From assembly GCA_963575745.1 (NCBI GenBank), contig CAUYUJ010000230.1, positions 62,001 through 116,561 on the forward strand: a stretch of 54,561 bases of DNA. Direction: 5' to 3'. Source of the DNA: Prorocentrum cordatum (lineage: Eukaryota). The translations under genes and the position numbers were made by a program. This document shows positions 41,253-52,809 of the stretch, piece by piece. Position 1 is the stretch's first letter. Every line of letters begins with the position of its first letter. The notes beneath the pieces are model-generated. The model saw only the letters and a list, made by a program, of their open reading frames with translations. It ran no database searches and was not told where the DNA came from.

Positions 41253-41358
41253 TAGTGAGGATCCTAATAATTATAAAACAGAAGAGGAAGAGGAGGAGAG
41301 GGAGGAGGAGGGGGAAGAGGATGTTATCCAGGATGGTGGGTGAGGAGCGAGGAGTGAG

Positions 41359-41508
41359 GAGCCGGCCATGGCCCCCGTGCGCGGCTTCTTCGAGGCAGTG
41401 ATCAAGTTCGCCACCAAGGAGCTCTGGAAATACTCGGCGCAGGCAATCGCCAACCTCCTGTGGGCCTGCGTGCGCGTGGAGTTCCCCGCGACGAACCGCC
41501 GGGCGAGG
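41359..41508 (+). CDS. Exon of HPR/OPR-type protein
   Basis: AG|G acceptor; EPAMAPVRGFFEAVIKFATKELWKYSAQAIANLLWACVRVEFPATNRRAR; probable GA donor (3' end approximate). Confidence 0.8.
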
Positions 41509-42034
41509 GACCCGAGGGTTTCTGTCAAAGCTGGGACGCCAGGAGGGCGAGGAGGAGGAGGGGGGATCATTCAGGACAGTTCAGCTACGACTATGTCGAA
41601 GGTGCGCGAGAGAACGCTGGGCAGCGCACCAGCCAGCCTTCGTAGTCTGGCCAGCTCACGGGGTTTCACGAGCCTGCTACGCAAATCGGTTCGGGGGCGG
41701 GTTCACTGACAGTTGATCATGAGGAGGACCCTGAGATCCTGACCTGGCACCTTTTCACATTGGGCGATTTCGCCCTGTTTCGGACCCCAGAGCCATCGCG
41801 GATCGATCTGGCTCGGGGAAGTGTTGCAAAGATGTTGGATGTGGCCTCCCGTTGCGAGGTCGGATCTTGCGCCATGAAGCAAATTTGTCCGGAGTCGAAC
41901 GGGTACTTTAGTTTTACCGAGCTGCTTGCGGCAAGACCGCCACCGTATCAGCCCAGCATTTTGGGTGGCGAGTATTCGAGGGGCGCGAGAGGTTGTCACG
42001 TGTGCTACCTCGTGTCTAGAGGCTTGGCGGAACC

Positions 42035-42620
42035 ATGATGATGGTGATACTGATGTTGTTGCAGATGATGATGATGATCATGATGATGATAATGATGATG
42101 ATGATGCTGATGATGATGATGATGATGATGATGATGGTGGCGATGATGATGATTCTGATTATGATGATGCTGATGATGATGCTGCTGCTGATGATGATGA
42201 TGATGCTGATGACGCTGATCATGCTGATGATGCTGATGCTGATGCTGCTGCTGATGATGATGACAACGATGACGATGCTGATGATGATGATGCTGATGTT
42301 GATGCTGATGCTGTTGATGATGCTGATGATGGTAATGACGACGATGGCGACGAGGACCATGATAACGATGATTGCTATGATGCTGCTCATGCTGATGATT
42401 GTGATGATGCTGAGGATGATGATGCTGCTGAAGATGATGATGATGTACTATGGGGATGATGATGCAGATGAGGGTGAGGATGATGATGATGCTGAGGCTG
42501 CTAATGATCATGATGCTGATGCTGCTGCTGAAACTGATGATGGTGATGAAGGTGACGCTGTTGATGATGCTGATGGTGGTGATGACGACGACGAGGACGA
42601 TGATGACGACGACGATGATG

Positions 42621-42673
<53 letters not shown>

Positions 42674-43568
42674 AATGATGATGATGCTGATGATGATAAT
42701 GCTGATGCTGATGATGATGATGATGAGGATGCTGATGTTGTTGATGATGATGCTCATGATGACGATGACGATGCTGATGCTGATGCTGATGATGATGCTG
42801 ATACTGCTGCTGGTGATACTGAGGATGATGACGATGATGCCGATGATTATGATGATGGTGCTTGTAGCAATGACGACGAGGAGGAGGATGAGCAGGAGGA
42901 GGATGAAGAGCTGATAATACTAGTGATGACGATGGTGGTGATGATAATGCTGCGGCTGATGCTGATAATGCTGATGCTGATGATGGTGAGGTGGTTGAGG
43001 AAGTCGAGCATGCCAATGCTACTGGTACTGGTGCTGATGATGCTGATGCTGATGATGTTGCTGGTGCTGATGCTGATGACGGTGGCGACGATGATGCTGA
43101 TTCTTATGCTGATGATGATACAGCTGCTGCTGATGATGATGATGATGCTGTTGATGATCATGACGATGATGCCGATACTGGTGCCGATGTTGATTCTGTT
43201 ATTGCTGATGGTGAAGATGTCGATTCTGCTTATGATTATGCTGGTGATGGTTTTGGTGATGGTGATGCTGCCGATGATGCTGATGCTGCTGCTGATGATG
43301 ATCCCGATGATGATGCTGATGATGATGATGAGGATGATGATCATGATGATGGTGGCGATGCTGACCATGACGATGCTGCTGATGATGACGCTGCTGGTGA
43401 TGATGATGTTGATGCTACTGCTGTCGCTGATGCTGATGCCGATGCTTCTGATGCTGCTGCTGATGATGATGCGGCTGCTGATGATGATGCTGATGCTGAT
43501 GATGATGATGCTGATGACGATGATGTTGATGCTGATGCTGATGCCGATGATGATGATGATGATGATGC

Positions 43569-43600
<32 letters not shown>

Positions 43601-43965
43601 CTGATGATGATGATGATGCTGATGATGATGATGATGGTGATGGTGATGCGGACCATGATCTTGATGATTGTGCTGCTGTTGCCGATGATGTTACTGATGA
43701 CGATGATGATGGTTAAGGCGATGCTGGTCATGCGGGTGCTGCTGATGCTGGTGATGCTGATGATGATGAGGCTGATGCTTATGCGGATTCTGATCATGAT
43801 GATGATGCTGCTGCTGCTGATCATGATGCTAATGCTGCAGATGATGATGCTGATGATGCTGTTGATGCTGATGCTGATGCTGATGATGATGCTGCTGCGG
43901 CTGTTGACGATGGTGGGGATGACGATGATCCTCAGGATGATGCTGCGAACGAGGATGATGAGGAG
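42035..43965. repeat. Degenerate (GAT/GCT)n tract
   Basis: Visible. Confidence 0.97.
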
Positions 43966-44902
43966 CAGGGCGATAAGGAGGAAGAGGACGGCCGTTACGT
44001 GTGACGCCTTTCGTCTTCAATATTTGTGGAGCCCCGATGGAATTCGTTTTTGACGGTGAGGCAGTTTGGGGGGGCCCTCTTGGGCCGTTTGGGGGCCCTC
44101 TGAGGCTGTCTAAGGATTCGTATGGGGCCGTTTTGTATGAATCTTGGCCTCGAGGGAGGGGTTGTGGCCTCAGGAACGCGACTTTGATGTGATTTTTTAG
44201 GGGTTGTGGTCTCGAGAGTGGGCCATGTATGCATGACTGCGCTGGTAGGGGGGGGGGGCTGGAAGTTTCGAAAACCCGACCAGACACCACTTGGCATTCT
44301 AGCACTCCTCAGCGTGCTCGTGGGCACAGTGGCGGATACGTTGTTGGACTCCAGGGGCCCTTCGTTGGCTTCAGGACCGTAAAACAATAACCCAGGATTA
44401 ATGACCGATGCTGTGGGAGGCCTCCAGGGTCTAGAATCCGTCAGGACCAGTTTGCTTCATGCCACATCTTACGTAGGGGAGGGGGAGGTGACTGGGGAGG
44501 AGGACGGGGAGGGGGGAGGGGAGGGGGAGTCGGGGGAGGAGTACAAGTGGGTCTGCCTAGTGGGCGGGCCTTGTAAAATCAATGGTCACCTCTGTGTCGT
44601 GCCTGTCGCGTTTTGTGTCTTGTGTCTGGAGCACTGACTTCCCTCGAAGAGACTCGTTTCCTCTCGCACTGTCTCTGCAGCCAGTCCCGACTGCAGTCAT
44701 GACGCGCAGTGAATTCCCAATAGCAATCCGCTTGGATTCGGAGAAGAAACACATTTTTTTTGAGGTCCGCGCGGAGTTCTCTGAGCGGCTTCCTGGCGCG
44801 CTTCGCGCGCCAGCGAGGTGTGTTCGGCCGAGGTCGGGTTCGTTTATGAGCGGGCGGGTCATGGCATTTCTTCAAGGTGTGCTTCCTTGGGGGCCCCCCC
44901 AG

Positions 44903-45005
44903 GAGAAGGCGAGCGAGCGGATGGGCGCTCTGTGCTCGGCCGTCGCCAGTGTCATGACCGAGCGTATGAATGAGGGCCGCTCGGTGACCTGGCGGGACCT
45001 CTCAG
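44903..45005 (+). CDS. Probable exon of HPR/OPR-type protein; gene likely continues beyond the LINE
   Basis: cAG|G acceptor; EKASERMGALCSAVASVMTERMNEGRSVTWRDLS(G); CAG|GC donor; in phase with the previous exon. Confidence 0.62.
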
Positions 45006-45469
45006 GCGCCTCGGGGGGCAGCCGACGCTCCTCCTCCTCCTCCCTCCTCCTCCTCCTCCTCCTCCTCCTCCTCCTCCTCCTCCTCCTCCTCCTCCTCCTC
45101 CTCCTCCCTCCTCCTCATCCTCCTCCCTCCCTCCCTCCCTCTCCCTCCCTCCCTCCCAGCCGCCGCCCCGGTTCGAGAGGTTTGGGTGCCGTACCAGGTA
45201 CGGCGACCTCTCCCACGGCGGCAGCCACGCGCGCTGGCCCGCGCCCCAGTCCCGCGCGATCCGCGCCTGGGCGGCCTGCGGCCGGCCGCGCCCGCTCGCG
45301 CAGCCCCCCGCCTGGCCCGCCTGCAGGGCCCGCTGGCGGCGCTGGACCCCACAGGCGCGCGCGCGCCGAGCCCCCGGGGCATCGGCGCGCGCGCCTGAGA
45401 CGGACACAATCGCGTACGCTGCTGCGTGTCGCGGCCGCCGCTCGCCTCCTTGCCGCCCACCACAGTGCA

Positions 45470-45667
45470 ATGGGCAAGGGTCGCGCTGGTGCGACTGGCG
45501 GCACAGCCCCCCCGCCGTGGCAAGGCGCGCCGCCGCCCCCACCGCCAGGCTGGTGGTGCGATGACTGTGGCAGCTTCGACGGCCCGCTGGAGAGGCTTTG
45601 CAGGTGCTGCTACCCAGGCCCGTCGGGCCCAGTCGGGGGAGGCGGCCACGGTGGCTCACCGCAGCAG

Positions 45668-45709
<42 letters not shown>

Positions 45710-47311
45710 GAGCAGCATCCTCGCCGCCGAAGCACGACATCCCCAGGGACGCCAGCCCGCCGACGCTCTTTCTCCCGCCGCCGCAGGCGCGAGCGCGAGA
45801 GGCGAGAGGAGCGGCCGCGGTCAGGCTCACGGGTACGCTTCGCGGACGAGCCCGAGCCAGACCCCGACGGCAACGGCGTCTCGGACGCCGACGAGGAGTT
45901 TCGCAGCCCTGCGCTAGGGATTCTCCCAGCGCTGCCGCAGGAGGCGAGGCTGCACCCTGCGTGGGTTGATCCACCCAGCGACGAGCGTGCCTTGGCGGCG
46001 CACAGGAGGACACTAAGGCAGATTGCCGCTGCGACAGGGAAGCGACTTCAAGCTTCCATCGACCTCGGGGCCTCCGAGGAGATTTTGACAAGTCAGAAGC
46101 TGGAGTACAGTGTCCAGCTGTGCATGATCATCACGGCCCGTGCGCCAGGCGAGCGTTGTGACTGCCAACGTGCATGCGTTGCCAAGGCCCTGGGCAAGTT
46201 CGAGCGTGCCCGCGAGGCGGTCGAGAAGGCGCAGGCACGACTACAAGAGGCAGATGCGAAGTGCACGCAGCGCGAGAAGGAGCACGACAGGGCCAAGATG
46301 CTGCTGGACCAGCTCGAGGCGATGCAGATCGGCCCTGCAGCTGGAGGAGCAGCCGACGACGTGGACATGGGAGCGGACGAGGGCGGCACGCGGACGCCAG
46401 AGGTGGGAGGCGTGGCGCCTCAGACGCCTCAGAGCACGCCCGTGCAGCTGGCGGCCATCGCAGAGCTCCGGAGCGGCCAGGCGACGCTCGCGGCCCAGCT
46501 CAGCAGTTTGACGGCAATGCTGACGACGCTGCAGACCGCGATGGCAGCAGCAAGGACCCCACCAGCTGCTGGCGAGGTCCCCGCCCCTCCTGATGGCGGT
46601 GGCCCGCAGGTCAGGCCCTTCGCAGGCCAGCCCCAGCGCCTGGGCCGCATGCCGACGGCCGAGGAGCTCGCGGCCGCCGCGCCCGCCGCCGCGGCCGCGG
46701 TAGCAAGCCCAGTGGACGGAGCAGCTGACCACGCAGCTGCCGCCAGCGGCTGGCGGCAGCTGCGTGGTCAGCCCAGCGCCAGCCCCAGCGGGCAGCTGCG
46801 TGGGCAGCTGCCCGGTGCGTGGGCTGCCCAGCGGGCAGCCCACGCAGCTGCGTGGGCAGCTGCGTGGTCACCGGCGCGGGGCTGGCGGCCAGCCCCGCGC
46901 CGCCCACGCCCGTGGCTGCTGGCGGTGTGCCTGCGGCGCCTGCAGGGGCTGACGGCGAGGACCTCGCAGCGGCGCGGGCTCGAGCCGCCGCAGCACGCCG
47001 TGCGAAGCGCGAGCAGGAGCGTGCAAGGCGCCCGCCAGGTCAGCCGCTGCTCGTGGACGCCATGGCCAGGCAGCAGCAGCTGGGTGGGCATCGGGGCCGA
47101 GGATGCACCCCGACACCAGCTGGACGCGCTGACATCGCAGCGGAGTTCGGCGACCATGGGGCGGAGGCAGCCGCAAGACGGACGCGGCGCAGCCGTGATC
47201 GCAGCCCCCGCAGGCCCGACGGCTTCGAGATGGTTGGCGGTGCTGGTGCAGAATCGACTGGAGAGTCGACGCTGGGGTGATGCAACAGGGCAGGCGGGCT
47301 GCTGGGGGTGA
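45470..47311 (+). CDS. LINE ORF1 / gag-like protein: RanBP2-type Zn finger, polyQ, coiled coil
   Basis: ATG at 45470 inside ORF 44582-47311. WWCDDCGSFDGPLERLCRCC fits W-x-C-x2-C-x3-(N/D)-x6-C-x2-C. Coiled coil AREAVEKAQARLQEADAKCTQREKEHDRAKMLLDQL. The true C-terminus may shift into frame 46819-47280. Confidence 0.7.
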
Positions 47312-47589
47312 GGTGCCTGCTGCTAGCGCAGCCGACGTTGCATCAGATCCCTTTGTTCGGATGGAGTCCGATCCGACTTTCCCCCCTCGCTCCAGGCCGC
47401 CCTGCCCCATTCCCGATTGTGAGTCTTTTGTGGGGGGCCTGTGTATGCCCTGGCCCTGTGCTCACACGCTAACCTCAGTCTTCTACGGGCCCCAACAGTT
47501 GCCCGACGCCTGCTATTTCCCCCCCTATCTCCATAGTAGCGCACGAACCTTTTTTGAATCCCACGGAGGTGCCCTCCCCCCCCGAGGAC

Positions 47590-48050
47590 GAGGTTATCAT
47601 GTATGAGGTGCGTGCGGACGGATCTGGTGGATCTCGGGTGCAAGTGCCGGGTGGGCCACCATCGTGGGCGTGGTGCATGTACTCAGTGACTGCAACACAA
47701 CAGTACACATGTGCAGGTTATCTATGTGGTGTTGACCCCTCCCTCCTCGACCTGCCAAGTGCATCAGGTGCTGCTGAATTTCAAGCCGCCCTATGGCTAG
47801 TGCCATGGATGTTGCAGGCTCCCAGCAGATTCAGGTCCAGGCCCCATGGAAGTCTTCGCGGACAATATCCTTGTAGTCAGATCGGCCGAAGGCGGAGCGA
47901 ACTACTCGTCGTGTGGGGGCTATCCTGGGATGTTCGATGGGGTGCTGAAGCTTCTCCGCTGTTTTACCACGGTACGTTGGAAACATGTCCTGGGACACAA
48001 TGCCGATCCACGGAACGAGCTTGCAGATGCCATCGCACATTTAGCCTACA
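47590..48050 (+). CDS. RNase H domain at the N-terminus of ORF2, split by a frameshift near 47842-47845
   Basis: YEVRADGS..SWAW..AAEFQAA (frame 47554) continues into EVFADN..WKHVLGHNADPRNELADAIA (frame 47846): the D-E-D-H-D RNase HI signature. Confidence 0.85.
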
Positions 48051-51000
48051 TGGGCCTGGCACCGACGGTGCCCGACGACTTTCAACCGTGGTCTGCGCTA
48101 GGAGGCGCCGCCGCCGCTGCTATGCCCTGGTTGCGGATGTCAGCTGTTGCCAACGCCAGCGACGGTCAAGGGGCATGCCCGAAAGTTGGCGTGGATGAAG
48201 TGCCCAGCATATGTCCACCTCTCTTAGATCCCCGTTGCGCGTTCTCGCCGCATGCAGGACTCAGCTCGGAAAGTAAAGACACCGTCCATTCGCCCTCCAG
48301 TTCAGGTCTACATGCCTCTGTCAGGTTTGCAGTGGCCAATGTCCTCACGTTACGGCCCAGGAGGAAAGCAGCACGGAAGGGAGACAGGATGCGAATACGA
48401 TGTCGGTACCAGGACGCAGCAGGACTGGATACCCCTGGGCGCATGCTATCCTTGGCGTACTTGTTCGATGCGCGACAGTTTCTCTTTATCGGCACGCTTG
48501 AGACTAGAATGGGACGCAATGGATGGACGCCAGCCGCTCAGTATCTCGTGCTCACCACAGCCGCTGAACAGAAGGGTGCAGGAGGGGTAGCGTTGTGGGT
48601 GCACGCAGGTATTCAGTACGTGCGTGGTTGTACGCTTGCTCGCCGCCATCTCCGTGTTCTCAGCTTTGCCTCCCACCATCTTCTTGTTGCTGTGCGTGCG
48701 CCACATCTGTGCGTCGACATATTGGTTGGGCATGCTCCGCGCTCCAGACGTGACAGCGCCGAGGTTGATGAGTGGTGGGTAAGTATCGAACGCATTCTGC
48801 GCCAGCGCCCGCATCCCGCACCCCTGTACTGTTTGTTGGATGCCAATGCTACTCTGGGCTCCAGGGTCTCGGAACATGTTGGCGAGGTTGCCGCCGAAAA
48901 CGAGAACCACGCCGGTGCACGTTTCCATCAGTTTTTGCAAACCACGGGACAAATTGCCCAGTCCACGATGTTACCCTCGGCTTCTGGGGTCCACGGTACC
49001 TGGCTTCCCCCTGGGGCTCAAGGGACGGACCCGCGGCATCGCATTGACTACGTCACTGTCCCGTGCGGACAGCTATCGTGCGTTACACGACAGTCAGTGG
49101 AAGTGGATCTTGATCTCTCTTTGCGTAGTGGTGATCATTTTGTGGTGTCGGCAGATGTGCATGTGTACCCATCCCTGCCATATCAGCACGCACACACGTG
49201 GTCCCGTTTACGAGTGGACGAAGCGAAGTACAACGATCCAGAGTGTTGTGCCGCATTCGTGCGTGAGCTTGAGTCAGCGCCTCAGTCCGCCGACTCATCC
49301 CACCCGGACGACCATGCCGACCACTTGAGCCAGCACATTTTGCGTGCAGCCCAGGTTGCTTTCCCGCCCAGCGTTTCAGACACTGGCCGACAGGCCAAAC
49401 ATTGTTGGATATCCAAGGGATCCCTGGACCTGATGGACCTAAGAACTCAAGGACGCGCGGCCCTTCGGGCCCTTCGGTCACAACTGTCCCGCCTGCTCCT
49501 CACGTGTGTGTTCACTGCTTGGGCCACCGACGGTGCTGAGAGTGGCGCTCGGTTTTGCCATCGGACTTTGAGTTGGTTTCATTCATGGCGCGAGGGCCCA
49601 TCTCACTACCCAATACTGTGTGTATGCCGAGCTATCGCGAAGGCTACGGACACAGTCGTGGACTGCGCCGCCCCGTTTACCCTGCCCCTACGCAGCCCAA
49701 CAGACAAGTATACCTACCCACCGTTCAACCAAGACCACTTAGTGGGACTCAGATACTTTGCCCGCCTACCCACCACCCCCGAACTACTTTGCCCACCGAC
49801 AGGACTCTGGTTCCAACTGGGAGCCATACTGAGTTTTTGCCAAGGGTGGATGGGATTTTACTGGGCCGCCAGCTACATATTTCTGCGCGCTGCCACGGGA
49901 TTCGATTCCACATGGCATTGCGCTGCCATTGCCAAGGGAGTCAAAAGCGCGTGGGACCGACGGCAGTTTGCAGAGGCTTACTCGGCTTTGCGACGTATCG
50001 GGGCAGGGTCCAAAAGGCGCAATATTGATTGGGTTCTCCCAGCACTACGTGACATCACGGGACAGCCTCTTGTGTCGGAGCGTGCAGTTGCCCAGCGATG
50101 GCAACAGCACTTTGCCAGCCTAGAGCTCGGGGCCACGTTCGCTATGGAAGATATCCCCCACATAGCAGGGCATGTCGGACGCACGCCGTATGCAGGCATG
50201 CCGACCGATGCCCCAATCTCGCCGGCTGCAATCCCGACGCTCTCCGATTTCCAGTGGTCTTGCCGACAAGCCCGTCGATCGGCCCCAGGTTGTGACGGGA
50301 TCCCTGGAGGCCTGGTGCGGGCGTGCCCTGCTGCCGTCGCTACATACTACTACCCACTCCAACTCAAGTTTTCCCTGACACTAGTGGAGCCCATTCAGTG
50401 GAAGGGTGGTTTTTACAGGGATATTATCAAGTCGGGTCAAGCGGATCCGACACAATGCCTCAGCTCCAGGTCTATTCTTGTCTCGTCCCAGATAGGAAAG
50501 GCGTCTCGGCGGTGCATACGGAAACAACTACTCCCCTTCCTCGCCCAGGAAGCAGGCGAAACCCAGTTCGGGGGCCTCCCAGGCCGCGGCACAGCCCATG
50601 CATCCCTTATACTACGTACTGCACAGGCTTTAGCACGACGGCGCAACACGAGTTTTGGAGCCCTGTTTATGGACGTGGTGCAAGCTTTCTATCGGGCCAT
50701 ACGACAGCTCGTCATACGTGCGTGCCATGAGACCGAGCTCGACGACGATGCAGTTGCGACGTTGGTGCGAGCAGCCGGACTACCACCTTCCGTGATGCCT
50801 CAGCTTGCCCAGAGACTCAGTGAGCAGCCCGCGGCTCTCAACAACTCTGACGTTGACCGACATGTGGTGGCCCAGGTTGGCCAATGCTACCAGGCCCCCT
50901 GGTTTGTCTGCGAAGGGTCCGACCAGGTATCGTTCCCACAGAGATCCTTCTTTCCTGGGCAGCCCCTAGCCGACGTTCTATTTGAGCTACAAATGGCCGA

Positions 51001-51169
51001 CTGTATGAAGGACGTCCGCACCCAGCTTACAGAGCAAGGTTATGCCCATCTTCTCCCGCCACCAACAGGTCGCTGGCAGCATTACTGCCCGCCGACCCGT
51101 CTGAACTACCACAAGCCACTCTACCACTACTCGATATTTCGTATGCAGATGATGGGACCATCATCCTAA
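47846..51169 (+). CDS. ORF2 part 1: RNase H C-terminal half, AP (EEP) endonuclease and N-terminal part of reverse transcriptase
   Basis: APE motifs ANVLTL, GTLETR, GGVALWV, GHAP, LLDANA, TW, RIDYV, GDHFVV. RT motifs APGCDGIP, RSILVSS..GK, QFGG..GRG, LFMDVVQAFY, PGQPLADVLF. Confidence 0.92.
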   Translation: MEVFADNILVVRSAEGGANYSSCGGYPGMFDGVLKLLRCFTTVRWKHVLGHNADPRNELADAIAHLAYMGLAPTVPDDFQPWSALGGAAAAAMPWLRMSAVANASDGQGACPKVGVDEVPSICPPLLDPRCAFSPHAGLSSESKDTVHSPSSSGLHASVRFAVANVLTLRPRRKAARKGDRMRIRCRYQDAAGLDTPGRMLSLAYLFDARQFLFIGTLETRMGRNGWTPAAQYLVLTTAAEQKGAGGVALWVHAGIQYVRGCTLARRHLRVLSFASHHLLVAVRAPHLCVDILVGHAPRSRRDSAEVDEWWVSIERILRQRPHPAPLYCLLDANATLGSRVSEHVGEVAAENENHAGARFHQFLQTTGQIAQSTMLPSASGVHGTWLPPGAQGTDPRHRIDYVTVPCGQLSCVTRQSVEVDLDLSLRSGDHFVVSADVHVYPSLPYQHAHTWSRLRVDEAKYNDPECCAAFVRELESAPQSADSSHPDDHADHLSQHILRAAQVAFPPSVSDTGRQAKHCWISKGSLDLMDLRTQGRAALRALRSQLSRLLLTCVFTAWATDGAESGARFCHRTLSWFHSWREGPSHYPILCVCRAIAKATDTVVDCAAPFTLPLRSPTDKYTYPPFNQDHLVGLRYFARLPTTPELLCPPTGLWFQLGAILSFCQGWMGFYWAASYIFLRAATGFDSTWHCAAIAKGVKSAWDRRQFAEAYSALRRIGAGSKRRNIDWVLPALRDITGQPLVSERAVAQRWQQHFASLELGATFAMEDIPHIAGHVGRTPYAGMPTDAPISPAAIPTLSDFQWSCRQARRSAPGCDGIPGGLVRACPAAVATYYYPLQLKFSLTLVEPIQWKGGFYRDIIKSGQADPTQCLSSRSILVSSQIGKASRRCIRKQLLPFLAQEAGETQFGGLPGRGTAHASLILRTAQALARRRNTSFGALFMDVVQAFYRAIRQLVIRACHETELDDDAVATLVRAAGLPPSVMPQLAQRLSEQPAALNNSDVDRHVVAQVGQCYQAPWFVCEGSDQVSFPQRSFFPGQPLADVLFELQMADCMKDVRTQLTEQGYAHLLPPPTGRWQHYCPPTRLNYHKPLYHYSIFRMQMMGPSS

Positions 51170-52809
51170 TCATGCCTGCGAGCCAGCTGTATGACGGACT
51201 CAGCCGAGTTCTTGGATGTGTTTCCGAGGCGTTTGCCACCCGAGGACACAAATTCAACCTGGGACCATCCAAAACGGCTGCTTTGATTTCGTGGCGCGGA
51301 CCCGGATCAAAAAAGGCTAGGCATGCTGCGTGGCACGAATGCGGAGGACTCATTGTGAGCGACTCGGGCCTCCTGGGGCGGATCCAGGCACCCATCGTGC
51401 ACAACTACATCCATTTGGGGTCGGTGTTCGATGCGGGAGGTGTCATGACTCCAGAGAAACGTTGCCGGTCGTCGTCGTCGGTCGCCTCCCTGCAAGTGCT
51501 ACGACGACGGGTGTTTGCCGCAGACGAGTTGGATGTGAGAGAGCGCCTTATTCTTGCAGACAGTCTCGTCATGTCCAGTCGTCTGTGCAATGCAGGGGCT
51601 TGGCCAGCCCTCACTCGTGCCGAAGCACACCTCATACACGTTGGGGTCATGAAGGTGTATCGTGCAGCAGCCCGTGTCAGTTATCGAGAGGACAGTTCAC
51701 AGGTATCAGACCAGTTGGTCCTGGCACGTTTGCGACGACCATCTCCAGACATGATCCTACGGGCCGCCAGACTTCGGCTACTTGGGCCCCTGGCCCATAC
51801 AGGTCCCGCGGTCGTTTTCGGGCTCGTTGCGGCCGAGTGGCACGCAGCCGTCGTTACGAACACACAGAATCGGACTATCCTGGGACTTTGGTACGATGAT
51901 CTCGGTTGGCTACAACAGGCGCTCCCCGCACTGGGTGATTTACCTCTGCCAGCCGACGACTTTGCAGCACCATGGGAGTCGCGTATTCGTCGCAGTCAGC
52001 CAGCACGGAAGCGCATAATCCAGGCTGGTTTACATGCACACGCACAGCATGCAGCACGTGTGACGTTGGCGCAGCATGTTGAACGACAGTTCTTTGCCGT
52101 GGTGAAGCCAGTCGGAGTGCCCGACCGAATCTACACTAACGAGCGCGGGCTCATCGTGGATCCCCCACCCCAGGCAGCACATCCCACGCATATATGTCCG
52201 TGGTGCGGCACACAATACTCACGACATCGAGCCCTTCGGACACACATCGCGCGCGCACATCGACAGCTGTCAACACTCGCAAAGGGATATGCATGCCCTA
52301 GCGGTACATGCACTACGTGCCTAACTAAGTTCTACGCTCGGGCGCACCTAGTGGACCATCTATCAGTGGGATCACCACGGTGCCTACTTGTGTGTTTGCT
52401 ACAGACCGACAACCCAGCCCACCACCTGCAGCCACAACCCATCACCCAGCCACCGGGCACTACCGCCCAAGTGCGTATACCCCGACGGCACGTGGTTGTG
52501 CCCACTACCAAGGCGGCCGGCCCACTAACCGAGGAGGCCGCGAACTACCTCCACCTTTCACAGCAGGAAGCACGCATGGCCATACTGGAGGCTGATCCCT
52601 ATCTCACCGATGACGCCCGAGCAGCCTTCATACCACCGCCAGAGCCTATGCTAGGATTAGATGATGTGGATGCCGAACCCTACCCACCTGTCCAGACAAC
52701 GATACCCAGCCCGCATGTTCCTACCCGACCAGTATACAGGCCTGGCAGCACAGGCATTACCTGTGGCCATCAAGAAGGCCGAGTATCACGTCCTCAACTT
52801 GTTTTGTGA
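51060..52809 (+). CDS. ORF2 part 2: RT catalytic YADD, thumb and Zn fingers, after a frameshift near 51050-51070
   Basis: The frame of ORF 51172-52809 reads upstream as LPLLDISYADDGTIILIM, then GHKFNLGPSKTA and YIHLG. It contains the C2H2 finger CPWC..LRTHIARAH and CTTC..HLVDHL. Confidence 0.9.

Noticed and set aside
44582..45469. N-terminal 296 aa of the 909-aa ORF as part of ORF1
   Set aside because: Chance read-through across a palindromic repeat, a host exon and a (CCT)n tract.
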